From an uncultured cyanobacterium (GTDB taxonomy: Bacteria > Cyanobacteriota > Cyanobacteriia > Leptolyngbyales > Leptolyngbyaceae): DNA of 64,000 nt. Positions 54,843-64,000 of the stretch are shown one piece after another. Under the pieces are notes generated by a model. It made no database searches. It saw nothing but the letters and a program-made list of their open reading frames with translations, and was not told the origin of the DNA. Position 1 is the first letter of the stretch. Every line of letters starts with the position of its first letter. The stretch spans positions 1 to 64,000 of the forward strand of contig CAVYAN010000065.1 in the NCBI GenBank assembly GCA_963766075.1, read 5' to 3'. A program made the translations under genes and the position numbers.

Positions 54843-55925
54843 TTAGGCGATCGCCGACGAGGCCCGAGGGCGAGCAAAAATCATCCGGCCTGCGGATGTT
54901 TGTAGCGCACTCGTCACAATCACTTGCAACTGGTTACCCACATACTCCCGCCCCTCTTCTACCACGACCATAGTGCCATCATCCAGATAGCCAATGCCCT
55001 GGGTAGGCTCCTTGCCCTCCCGCAGAATTTTCAGATCGAGGCTATCCCCGGGCAAATAGCTCGGGCGGACAGCCTGGGTCAGGTCATTGATGTTCAACAC
55101 CGGCACCTTTTGAACACTGGCAACCTTGCTGAGGTTATAGTCATTGGTCATTAATGTGCCATTGATTTCCTGGGCCAGTCGCACAAGCTTGGCATCGACG
55201 GTGGCAATATCTTCGTAATCTGCCGGGTGAATAATAATGCGATCGGGATATTGCACCTGCATCCGTTGCAAAACGTCTAACCCCCGCCGTCCCCGCACGC
55301 GTTTTTGATCATTGGCAGAGTCGGCAACCTGTTGCAGCTCCTGTAAGACGAACTGGGGCACCAGAAGCTGCCCTTCCAGAAATCCTGTCGTCAACAGCTC
55401 TTCAATCCGACCATCAATAATGCAACTGGTGTCCAAAACCTTGGTGGGCGCAGGCTTTAGACTGCCCTCTGCAAACAGCAAGGTTTCCACGGTATTTGGG
55501 TTGATCAAGCGCAGCAATGCTCGTCCATGGGTATCGGCTAGGGTGACCCCAGAAAAGGCAAAAATAATGCTGCCCACCACCGCCACCAGAGGTTTGATGA
55601 AGGAAAACTCCGCTGGTATCGGCAATAGAAACAAGGGAGCCAGCATCAGGTTGGATACCAGGAGACCGATGATTAATCCCACCGCACGACTCAGGAGAAT
55701 ATCAGCAGGGAGCGTGCGAAACTGCTGCTGAAGACGGCGATAGCTGGCTTGTACAATCAGTCCGATCGCCAGTCCCACTAACCCCCCAAATCCTCCCGTC
55801 ACCCAGCGTAGCCCTTCTTCATTGGTGACATCTTGCAGAGCACTGCTCGGCAATTCTTCGATGCCATTGAAGCCGATGCCCAGACCGGCTAAGACAAAGG
55901 CTAGAACAATAATTGCATCAAGCAT
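54843..55925 (-). CDS. PIN/TRAM domain membrane protein (YacL-like)
   Basis: Four TM segments, PIN (LDTSCIIDGRI, RGRRGLD, TNDYNL) and TRAM (GYLDDGTMVVVE, QTSAGRMIFA). Confidence 0.92.
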   Translation of the reverse strand: MLDAIIVLAFVLAGLGIGFNGIEELPSSALQDVTNEEGLRWVTGGFGGLVGLAIGLIVQASYRRLQQQFRTLPADILLSRAVGLIIGLLVSNLMLAPLFLLPIPAEFSFIKPLVAVVGSIIFAFSGVTLADTHGRALLRLINPNTVETLLFAEGSLKPAPTKVLDTSCIIDGRIEELLTTGFLEGQLLVPQFVLQELQQVADSANDQKRVRGRRGLDVLQRMQVQYPDRIIIHPADYEDIATVDAKLVRLAQEINGTLMTNDYNLSKVASVQKVPVLNINDLTQAVRPSYLPGDSLDLKILREGKEPTQGIGYLDDGTMVVVEEGREYVGNQLQVIVTSALQTSAGRMIFARPRASSAIA

Positions 55926-56241
55926 AGCGCTGGGGGAAAAACCATAAATGAGGTGGAAGCGAGCAATGGGCTGAAACAGCAACCAGGGCAAATCTGTCCT
56001 CTGGGAAAGGTATCAGCCTATTTAGCTGAATGTCGAGAAAATGCAATGCTTTGTGATAGTCACGGTCGATTGTCTTTAAAGATTTACCGAAAAGTTTTCC
56101 CTGAGGAGGGCTTGCCGCAGTAACCAACGGGCATCTGGGGCCTACCCCTCAGCAGTAGACATTGCCCAAGGTGGACACTGCCCAAGGTTTACTTATCTTA
56201 GATGTTATTTTAGATGTCCATATTATACTCTGTGGGTCTTT

Positions 56242-57635
56242 ATGCTTCAGGCAATCTCAATGCTTCAGGCAAGCCGTGCATTTCCGGGTGATTCGGCAGC
56301 CCCACCCCCCACCGCCGCCTATATCCATATTCCGTTCTGCCGCAGACGCTGCTTTTACTGTGATTTTCCGATTGCGGTGGTGGGCGATCGCCCGCCCATA
56401 GGCTCAGAATTTGGGGCGATCGCCCAATATATTCCCTACCTCTGTCGCGAAATTGCCCACACTGCCGCCCAAATTCCCAGCAGCCATCCGCCCCTGCAAA
56501 CCCTATTCTTTGGAGGCGGCACACCGTCTCTGCTGACCGTTGCCCAACTGGAGACGATTCTGCGATCGCTGGCGCAGGGGTTTGGTATTGCCCCCCAGGC
56601 AGAAATTTCCATGGAGATTGATCCCGGCACCTTTGATCACGCCCAACTCCAGGGCTACCATCAGGCAGGTGTTAACCGAGTCAGTCTGGGTGTGCAAGCG
56701 TTTCAGCCCCACCTGCTGGCTGCCTGTGGCCGCAGTCATACCGCCGTGGATATTCAGCAAGCCGTGGAGGTGATCCAGCGAGTGGGCTTGGCCAATTACA
56801 GTTTGGATTTAATTTCGGGATTGCCCCACCAAACCTTGGAGCATTGGCAGGAGTCTTTCGACCAACGATCGCCCTCCAGCCCACGCACCTGTCCTGTTAT
56901 GACCTGACAATCGAACCGATGACCGCCTTCGGTCGCCAGTTTCAACCCGGCAATGCCCCTTTGCCCAGCGATGACCACAGCGCCCAAATGTATCGGTTGG
57001 CCCAGCGCACCCTAACCCTAGCGGGCTACCACCACTATGAAATTTCTAACTACGCCAAACCGGGCTATGCCTGCCGCCACAACCGCGTTTACTGGGAAAA
57101 TCGTCCCTTTTATGGGTTTGGCATGGGCGCGACCAGCTACGTAGACGGCGATCGGGTGAGCAGACCCCGCAAAACGCGAGAGTACTACGCCTGGATAGAG
57201 GAGTTAAGCCCGAAGCAAACCCTAGGAGCGCAAGTGCAGCAGGTGCCGCAGGTGCAGGATCGCGATCGAAGCCAGGAGGAGAGCCAGTCAGATTTGCTGC
57301 TGGATACGTTGATGTTGGGATTACGGTTGGCGGCAGGGCTAGACATTCAGGAATTGGTACAGCAATTTGGGCTGGAAACAGTCCAGCGGATTTGGCAGTG
57401 TTTACAGCCCTATGCACACCGCGACTGGGTCCATATTCTGGCGGCAGATGGGACACGGTTAAGTCCCAATGCCCAGATAGATCCCGATTTCCAACCCAAT
57501 TTTCAAATAGACATTAAAGATATTAAAGCTTTGCCACCCTCGGCTCGCCTCTGCCTCAGTGATCCGGAAGGATTTCTCTTTTCCAACGTGGTACTCGTGG
57601 CCTTGTTTGACGAGTTTGGGGCCGGACAGGAATAA
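56242..57635 (+). CDS. hemW: Radical SAM heme chaperone HemW (frameshift near 56860)
   Basis: YIHIPFCRRRCFYCDF, FFGGGTPS, RVSLGVQAF, DLISGLP / HLSCYDL, YEISNYA and HNRVYW motifs. Confidence 0.9.
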
Positions 57636-57690
57636 TCTGCCCCCGATTTGAATCCGACTAAAGTGTGATCCCCGCATCAATGGAGATGAC

Positions 57691-57756
57691 CCACCCCGCC
57701 CTGCGGGCACCCCTCCCAGGCGGGGATATTTTCGAGCATTCCCCTCCTGGGAGGGG
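57691..57756. repeat. REP-like palindromic element between convergent genes
   Basis: CCCCTCCCAGGCGGGGA ... TCCCCTCCTGGGAGGGG arms, preceded by a CCCGCCCTGCGGG hairpin. Confidence 0.65.
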
Positions 57757-57771
57757 AAATTATGCAACCCA

Positions 57772-58590
57772 CTAGTAAAGCGCCATCATCAACCGCTTTC
57801 GGTAATCCTTGGTGAGGGGATGGTCATTACCCAGCAGATTAAAGACGGTGATCATGGCCTTGCGGGCACCATCCTGGCGGTACAGGCGATCGCGCTCTAG
57901 GATCACCAGCAGCCCTTGGAGAGCTGTTTCATAATCCTGGGCTAATATCTGTTGAACGGCTGTTTGATAGAGGCGATCCAGTTCGCTGAGAGGCTCGGCA
58001 CTAGCAATTTGCTTGAATTGGATCAGCGTTCGGAGTCCTTGGGCACGGTCTGCATAGGTAGGATCGTGGGGAGAAATCCGACCCAACAGGATTTCGGCAG
58101 TGTCGGGTTGCCCCGCTTCCAAGTAAAAATTAGCGGCTTCCAGAACCAACCCTGGATCGTTGGGAAATTCTTCGAGCAGGGCTTTAAGCTTGATCTCAGC
58201 AGCAGCGATCGCACCCGCTTCGGCTTCTGCAAAAATCGCATCCAACCGCCTGCCCAGAGCCGACCGTTGCTTCAGATTGGTCAAAAACTCCCGCAACTTA
58301 GCCTCGGTCAAGGCACCAACAAAGCCGTCTTGAACCTGTCCATCGACCACGATCCGCACATCAGGAACACCCTGCACCCCATAGGTTTGAGCAAGTTCGG
58401 GATCCGCATCAATATCCACCTTGGCCAGCGTGATATCGTATTCTGCGGTTAGCTTTTCCAGGAGAGGTTTCAGCAGTTGGCAGGGGCCACACCACGTCGC
58501 AAAAAAATCCACGACCACGGGGCGATCGCGCGAAGCGGCCAACACATCTGTGGCGAAGGTGGCTTGAGTAACGGTAAGACCTGGAGACAT
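57772..58590 (-). CDS. cnoX: Thioredoxin-TPR chaperedoxin (CnoX/YbbN family)
   Basis: VDFFATWCGPC thioredoxin domain plus TPR C-terminus ending DGARKAMITVF...YRKRLMMALY. Confidence 0.85.
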   Translation of the reverse strand: MSPGLTVTQATFATDVLAASRDRPVVVDFFATWCGPCQLLKPLLEKLTAEYDITLAKVDIDADPELAQTYGVQGVPDVRIVVDGQVQDGFVGALTEAKLREFLTNLKQRSALGRRLDAIFAEAEAGAIAAAEIKLKALLEEFPNDPGLVLEAANFYLEAGQPDTAEILLGRISPHDPTYADRAQGLRTLIQFKQIASAEPLSELDRLYQTAVQQILAQDYETALQGLLVILERDRLYRQDGARKAMITVFNLLGNDHPLTKDYRKRLMMALY

Positions 58591-58746
58591 AGAAGCAACG
58601 TTAGAAATATGGACTAAAGCGATTCAACAGCAATGCAAAATCAGGTGACGGCAATCGCCACACTTCTAATAACCTACCACCTTGCCCAGAACAGCGTGTC
58701 CACGGCACCAATCCCAATTGTTTTAGGTCAGGCCGAAAATAGCACC

Positions 58747-59502
58747 CTATCGATTCAGGGGCTTAGAGTGTTGAGAGCCAGAGGTTGAACGCGGCGATCG
58801 GCCCAAGGGATCGGAAAAGGTCATCGGTTCATGCCAGACCTGCAAAATCAACAGACAAGCCATGAGCCATAGCCCCTCAACGGTGTAGCCCGTGATCAGA
58901 TTGGTGATGCCTTGGAGTCCTAATGCCACCCGACTCGCGCCAATACTGCCGATCAAGAGAACGGTGAGAACGGCGATCGCCCAGCGTCCAGCCTTAAACT
59001 GCTGAGCCAACAGATAGCCCAGAATGCCATACACAAGAAATGCGGTTGCGCCGTGCAGCAAGAGCGTAGGGCCGCCGGGGTGAGCAATTTGTTGCCATAG
59101 GGGAGAAATGGCAGGGGGAAAAAGAGATTGCACCAATGGATTCAGCGCCAGCGCCCCCATGGTGGAGATCGCCACCATACTGGCCGGGATCCATTGCTGC
59201 CACCAAACCAGGATCGTCATGGCCAGGGCACAGGCTAAGCCCAGGGCCGGGGGTTCACCGGCTTGGGCAAGGCGTAACCATAGTGCCTCGCTGCCCCAGT
59301 AGGTCCACGGTCGCAGTGCCAAGAGCACGCGCAAATCAATCCATTGGCTGCGCTGAACCAATTGGGACTCGACAATCTCATAAAACCCCCAGAGCGTGAG
59401 CGCAGCGATCGCCCATCCAATACAGTGCACTGGAGCGATCGCAGACAGCCATTGAGACCGGAACTGGTGCCAAAGTTGGGGAAGTCGCGGGAGCAGAGGC
59501 AT
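58747..59502 (-). CDS. PAP2-like membrane protein with degenerate catalytic motifs
   Basis: PAP2 topology with YGILGYLL and IGASRVALG; lacks the KxxxxxxRP, PSGH and H-x3-D residues. Confidence 0.7.
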   Translation of the reverse strand: MPLLPRLPQLWHQFRSQWLSAIAPVHCIGWAIAALTLWGFYEIVESQLVQRSQWIDLRVLLALRPWTYWGSEALWLRLAQAGEPPALGLACALAMTILVWWQQWIPASMVAISTMGALALNPLVQSLFPPAISPLWQQIAHPGGPTLLLHGATAFLVYGILGYLLAQQFKAGRWAIAVLTVLLIGSIGASRVALGLQGITNLITGYTVEGLWLMACLLILQVWHEPMTFSDPLGRSPRSTSGSQHSKPLNR

Positions 59503-60054
59503 AGAAATTCTGAGGTCTGTGTGGAGTTGGGGTCTGTTGAGTCTGTGCTTCTAGCCTAACGGGTTCATCGATAGACTTCTAGTCTGAATTTGGGATGGAT
59601 TTCTAATCCGAATTAGGCAAAATTCGATTCAAATTTGGCAAAATTGCCAATCATATCGAAAAAAATCAATTTTGTCACCCGAGATCCCTCTGAGATTCTT
59701 ATCATTGAGGCATTGAAACTCCCTAAATTTAATGCTATTGTGGCAAATAAATTCAGGATGCTGCCCTAAGATGTGCTGTGGCAGTTACTCAAAGAACCTG
59801 AATCACTCCCATCGACTTTCCCAGGATTACCTTAAAGGTTCTGTGGTCGCGCCAATAGTCAAGACGTTCTTTCATAGTTCAGTCAAAGGATAGCGTAGTC
59901 AAAGCATCATCACAAAGGGCCGAGTCACGGAACGAGCCGGGATTGTCAGTCACCTTGAGTCACATATTTCTACTAGGGTTAAGTTGTTCCAATGGTTAGA
60001 CCCCGAACAGTATTGAGTTCAGCCCTTTCATTTAACTCACCTCTCCATTCCTCA

Positions 60055-61410
60055 ATGACCGCCAAGGAAGCATTAGAAGCAGTTAACAAGATTCTTGAGC
60101 CCGACCGTCTCAGCTATATTGAAGAACTAGTGCTTCTGCAATCTTGGGGCGGCAGGCGCTATCGCGAAATTGCTCAGGAAGCCGGTTACGACTACAGCTA
60201 TATCAAGGAAGTCGGTGCCCAGGTTTGGAATTCCCTATCCACCGCCCTCAACCAGCGCGTCACCAAAAAAAACGTCAAGCTGGTGCTGGCTACCCTACGC
60301 CCAACGGGCAATTTTTCTACCCCGGTGCGTTTGTCCCTCATGGCTCCCCCTGCGGATAGCCCTCGGTTTCCCAACGGCTCCGTACCCGCCCATTCCAACC
60401 TGTACGTGGATCGTCCACCCCTTGAGGCCATGGCTGCCGCTGAGGTCAGTAAACCGGGCAGTCTGATCCGGATCAAGGCCCCGCCGCAAATGGGCAAAAC
60501 CTCCCTCATTTATCGTGTCCTTGCCCACGCCCAGCACATCGGCTGCCACACGGTTTACATTAATTTACAGCAAGCCGATCGCTTCCTCTTCAGCGATCTC
60601 CACCGCTTTTTGCGCTGGCTGTGCTCCAACATTGCCCAGCAGTTGCACCTAGAACTGCGGTTGGACGATTACTGGAATGACGATATTGGCAGCAAGGTGA
60701 GCTGCACCAACTACCTACAGAGCTATATTCTGACCCATTTAAATGCGCCCCTAGTCCTGGCCTTAGACGAGGTGGATCAGACGTTTGCCCATTCAGCCCT
60801 AGTCCAGGATTTTTTACCCCTGTTGCGGACTTGGCACGAAGAATCCGCTACCCTACCTATTTGGCAAAATTTGCGCTTGGTCGTGGCCTACAGCACGGAT
60901 AGCTACGTCCCCCTCAAATTAAGCCAGTCGCCCTTTAATAGCGGCTTGCCCCTCACGCTTTCCGGCTTTAGCCTAGAGCAAGCCAGTGTGCTGGCTACGG
61001 CCTATGGCTTGGATGCCACCCAGATCAGCACAGCAGAATTGCGGCAAATCCTGGATCTGGTGGGTGGGCACCCCTACTTGGTCCAACTCGCACTTTACTG
61101 GCTACGCCAACCCGGAAATACCTGCGCCGATATTCTGCACACGGCCCCGACCCAAGCGGGCATCTATACCAATCACCTGCGCCACCATTGGGACGTGCTC
61201 CAACGGGAACCGGAGTTGTGGACGGCATTGCGCCAGGTGCTCTCTGCCCCCGATCGCCCAGTCCAGTTGGCCGCGATCGCCGCCTATCGCCTCGAGAGCA
61301 TGGGCCTAGTCGCGATCGAGGGCAATGCCGTCAAAATTCGGTGTGAGCTGTACCATCAGTATTTTGCCGCTCAAGCGGGCAATGTTGAGGCCAGCGCGGG
61401 GCAAAATTAG
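60055..61410 (+). CDS. AAA_35 (STAND-like) ATPase with N-terminal HTH
   Basis: N-terminal SWGGRRYREIA...VTKKN; LYVDRPP, Walker A variant APPQMGKTS, LALDEVD, SPFN and GGHPYLVQ. Confidence 0.85.
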   Translation: MTAKEALEAVNKILEPDRLSYIEELVLLQSWGGRRYREIAQEAGYDYSYIKEVGAQVWNSLSTALNQRVTKKNVKLVLATLRPTGNFSTPVRLSLMAPPADSPRFPNGSVPAHSNLYVDRPPLEAMAAAEVSKPGSLIRIKAPPQMGKTSLIYRVLAHAQHIGCHTVYINLQQADRFLFSDLHRFLRWLCSNIAQQLHLELRLDDYWNDDIGSKVSCTNYLQSYILTHLNAPLVLALDEVDQTFAHSALVQDFLPLLRTWHEESATLPIWQNLRLVVAYSTDSYVPLKLSQSPFNSGLPLTLSGFSLEQASVLATAYGLDATQISTAELRQILDLVGGHPYLVQLALYWLRQPGNTCADILHTAPTQAGIYTNHLRHHWDVLQREPELWTALRQVLSAPDRPVQLAAIAAYRLESMGLVAIEGNAVKIRCELYHQYFAAQAGNVEASAGQN

Positions 61411-61607
61411 GGGCAAAAATTAAAAATGCAACGTGCAAAATTAAGAACGCGCTAGCCAGGGAACATCAGACGTCTGCCAGGTGGCACAGAGCGCTATTGA
61501 CCATGGAGCGCTATTAAACCAGCACGCAAAAATGCACCGTTAATCGGTCATCCAGCAGCCCACAGGAAACAACTGGCAAGTCAGCCCAGGAGTTTCGTTT
61601 TGCATTT

Positions 61608-61859
61608 TTAATTAACCAAATCGCCGTTCCCATACTGTTTCCAAGTGTCCGTAACCGCTTCGCTCAGCCATTGCCGTTGCTGCGAATCGAGCAGGGCATC
61701 ATCCGCCAAAACTTCGGCGATCAGCTCATCGAGGGACTGGCCGCGATCGCGGGCAATCTGCACCACGCCGAAAATGGCCGCCGCCACGAGTGACTCATCT
61801 ACGGATTTTTGCCCCTGCGCGATGACATCTTGGGGATTTACTGGAATAGGATAGTTCAT
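61608..61859 (-). CDS. Conserved small cyanobacterial hypothetical protein
   Basis: VDESLVAAAIFGVVQIARDRGQSLDELIAEVLADD...QRQWLS. Confidence 0.75.
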   Translation of the reverse strand: MNYPIPVNPQDVIAQGQKSVDESLVAAAIFGVVQIARDRGQSLDELIAEVLADDALLDSQQRQWLSEAVTDTWKQYGNGDLVN

Positions 61860-62035
61860 GGTGGACGTATGACGATTAAGAAGCAACCTGACCGCAGAGT
61901 TGCAGTCACCTGTCAGTCCTGCCTCCACCTACGGTGTCCAGAAGTGTACCGTATTTATAACGATTCCTCGCGCTGCTTTTAGTTAGTCTCTAGATTAGTC
62001 AGCATCTAGAGCAAATCCCTGGAGATGACTCGGCC

Positions 62036-64000
62036 TTGATAAACGAACTGCTCTATACCGAAATTCCTACTCCCGACCTGGATAAGGTGCTGCACTGGCT
62101 CCAATCAGACTGTCAATTCTCCAGTGGAACCCGTGGCTGGGAAAGGGTGCTCACGCCCAGTGGCCTGCTGCTGAGGCCGTCTCGGACTGCCAGCCCTCCT
62201 GCGGGGCGCGACGGGCAGCTTTCGTTCGTGCTGTGGTCTGTGCAGCGCACCACCTACCTGAAGGTATTTCGCTGGGCAGAATCCCCCCTGCCGCAGGAGC
62301 AGGCTATTCTGGCGCAGTTAATGCAACAAGTGCGCGATCGCTTCCCGAACCACTATCCCGTTCCCCCGGCGATCGATCTGGCCCAGCAGTCCATCTTTGA
62401 GGCGTTGGCTCCCCACTATCCCCTCACGGTTAAATATTTTCGTAAAATGCCCAATGGGGCTGCTGACCTGACTCGGGTCTACTGGTGGGAACAGCGCTGG
62501 CGTGAGGGCGTGCGCCGTCCCGAGCAGCCGAAACCTGTCATCTTTAAAACGGCGGAACTGCCCCCAGTGACACCGGAGGCCCCCCTCTCTACCCCCGCCT
62601 ACGATCTGATTTACGTCGGCGGAGCCTTGGGCATTATCCATGCTGCCGTAATGGCGCGGCGGGGCTATCGGGTGTTACTGCTGGAACGGTTGCCCTTTGG
62701 CCGGATGAATCGAGAATGGAATATTTCCCGCAGTGAGTTTCAAAGTTTGATCGACCTCGGACTGTTTACCCCAGCGGAATTTGAGCAGGTGATCGCCCGC
62801 GAATACGTGGATGGGTTTAGTAAGTTCTTTCAGGCCAATAATCCTCCCCAAGCGCAATCGCCGGTGTTGCATACACCAACGGTGCTGAATGTCGCCATTG
62901 ACGCAGAGCGGCTCCTGCGGATCTGTGGCGAGAAGTTTCGGGCAGCGGGCGGCGAAATTTGGGACGAGACGGAGTTTCTGCGGGCCGACATCAATCCGCG
63001 CCAAGTCACGGTGCAGGCTACCCATTTACCCACCCAAACCGCGCGCCGTGCCCAGGGACGACTGCTTGTAGATGCCATGGGTACGGCTTCGCCCATTGCA
63101 TGGCAGCTCAATGGCGGACGGGCGTTTGATAGTGTCTGCCCAACGGTGGGAGCAGCGATCGCCAGTGGATTTGACCCGGCAGTCTGGGATGCCCAGTATG
63201 GCGATGTTTTGAACAGCCACGGCGACATTTCCCGGGGCCGCCAATTGATTTGGGAACTGTTTCCCGGAGCCAATGGCGAATTGACCTTCTACCTGTTCCA
63301 CTACCACCAGGTGCATCCCGACAATCCGGGATCCCTGCTGGAGATGTATGAGGATTTCTTTGCGATTTTGCCGGAGTATCGCCGCTGTGACATGGACCAG
63401 TTGGTCTGGAAAAAGCCGACCTTTGGCTATATTCCAGGGCACTTCAGCACCAGCGGGGGCGATCGCCAGGTTGCCTTTGATCGCCTCATTGCCATGGGCG
63501 ATGCGGCGTCCCTGCAATCGCCGTTGATTTTCACCGGATTTGGTTCCTTAGTACGCAACCTAGGCCGCCTCACCCATCTCCTCGACACGGCACTTCAGCA
63601 TGATCTCTTAACCGCGAAGTACCTGACCCGCATTCGCGCCTATCAAAGCAATGTCGCCGTCACCTGGATGTTTTCCAAAGGCATGATGGTACCCACAGGC
63701 CGCAATCTGCCACCCCAGCGGGTAAACACCATGCTGAATAACTTCTTTGGCATTCTGGCCAACAGTTCCCCGGAAACCGCCGAGGCGTTTATTAAGGATC
63801 GGATTACCTGGCGCGCCTTTAACGGCATGGCCTTGATTGCGGCTTGGAAAACCCCCAGTATTCTGTTCTGGATTTGGGATATGGCGGGGCCACGGGATTT
63901 GCTGCGCTGGTTGGGCAGCTATTTCGACTTTACGCTGACCGCGTTCATTAGTAGCTTGATTCGCGGCTGGTTTCCCGGACTGCTGCGATCGCTCCAACCC
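62036..64000 (+). CDS. cruA: CruA-type lycopene cyclase / FAD-dependent oxidoreductase (runs off the window end; absent from the ORF track)
   Basis: TTG start after GGAG; LLYTEIPTPD, WSVQRTTYLKVFRW, YDLIYVGGALG, RMNREWNISR, DAMGTASPI and GDAASLQSPLIFTGFG motifs. Confidence 0.82.
   Translation, partial: MINELLYTEIPTPDLDKVLHWLQSDCQFSSGTRGWERVLTPSGLLLRPSRTASPPAGRDGQLSFVLWSVQRTTYLKVFRWAESPLPQEQAILAQLMQQVRDRFPNHYPVPPAIDLAQQSIFEALAPHYPLTVKYFRKMPNGAADLTRVYWWEQRWREGVRRPEQPKPVIFKTAELPPVTPEAPLSTPAYDLIYVGGALGIIHAAVMARRGYRVLLLERLPFGRMNREWNISRSEFQSLIDLGLFTPAEFEQVIAREYVDGFSKFFQANNPPQAQSPVLHTPTVLNVAIDAERLLRICGEKFRAAGGEIWDETEFLRADINPRQVTVQATHLPTQTARRAQGRLLVDAMGTASPIAWQLNGGRAFDSVCPTVGAAIASGFDPAVWDAQYGDVLNSHGDISRGRQLIWELFPGANGELTFYLFHYHQVHPDNPGSLLEMYEDFFAILPEYRRCDMDQLVWKKPTFGYIPGHFSTSGGDRQVAFDRLIAMGDAASLQSPLIFTGFGSLVRNLGRLTHLLDTALQHDLLTAKYLTRIRAYQSNVAVTWMFSKGMMVPTGRNLPPQRVNTMLNNFFGILANSSPETAEAFIKDRITWRAFNGMALIAAWKTPSILFWIWDMAGPRDLLRWLGSYFDFTLTAFISSLIRGWFPGLLRSLQP

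Overview
This is cyanobacterial chromosomal DNA: the HIP1 octamer GCGATCGC is very dense, and heptamer STRR-type repeats and core cyanobacterial genes are present. Many genes, including leuB and hemW, are broken by single-base indels that look like long-read assembly errors, so split ORFs were re-joined by eye. In order, the window holds: (1) 1-10.1 kb, an exopolysaccharide/protein-sorting locus with GT4, GT2, cyanoexosortase A plus its associated and HpsJ-like partners, YdcF, a WcaF-like acetyltransferase, a DUF4114/PFE-CTERM surface protein, and an unusual GT4 + degenerate EAL + receiver fusion; (2) 10.3-28.9 kb, a five-gene, ~18.6 kb minus-strand operon of uncharacterised proteins (1375 aa with a LamG domain, ~1210 aa, two small proteins, and a ~3200 aa LysM-repeat protein), the best candidate for an undescribed system; (3) an ABC transporter pair, tRNA-Tyr and tRNA-Thr, the PP2C/ABC1-kinase/small-protein trio, a Uma2 remnant, a Ser/Thr kinase, biuret hydrolase plus formamidase, leuB and pilD; (4) 44.5-49.2 kb, an AT-rich decayed integron with no HIP1 seen, comprising an intI remnant, attI-like repeats, three attC sites and cassettes carrying an ORF-less promoter, a toxin-antitoxin pair and a restriction-modification pair; (5) TPR, Rpn/DUF4351, mmsA, BaiN-like, PIN/TRAM, hemW, cnoX-like, degenerate PAP2, AAA_35 and a partial cruA. 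All family assignments come from motif recognition by eye, not database searches.
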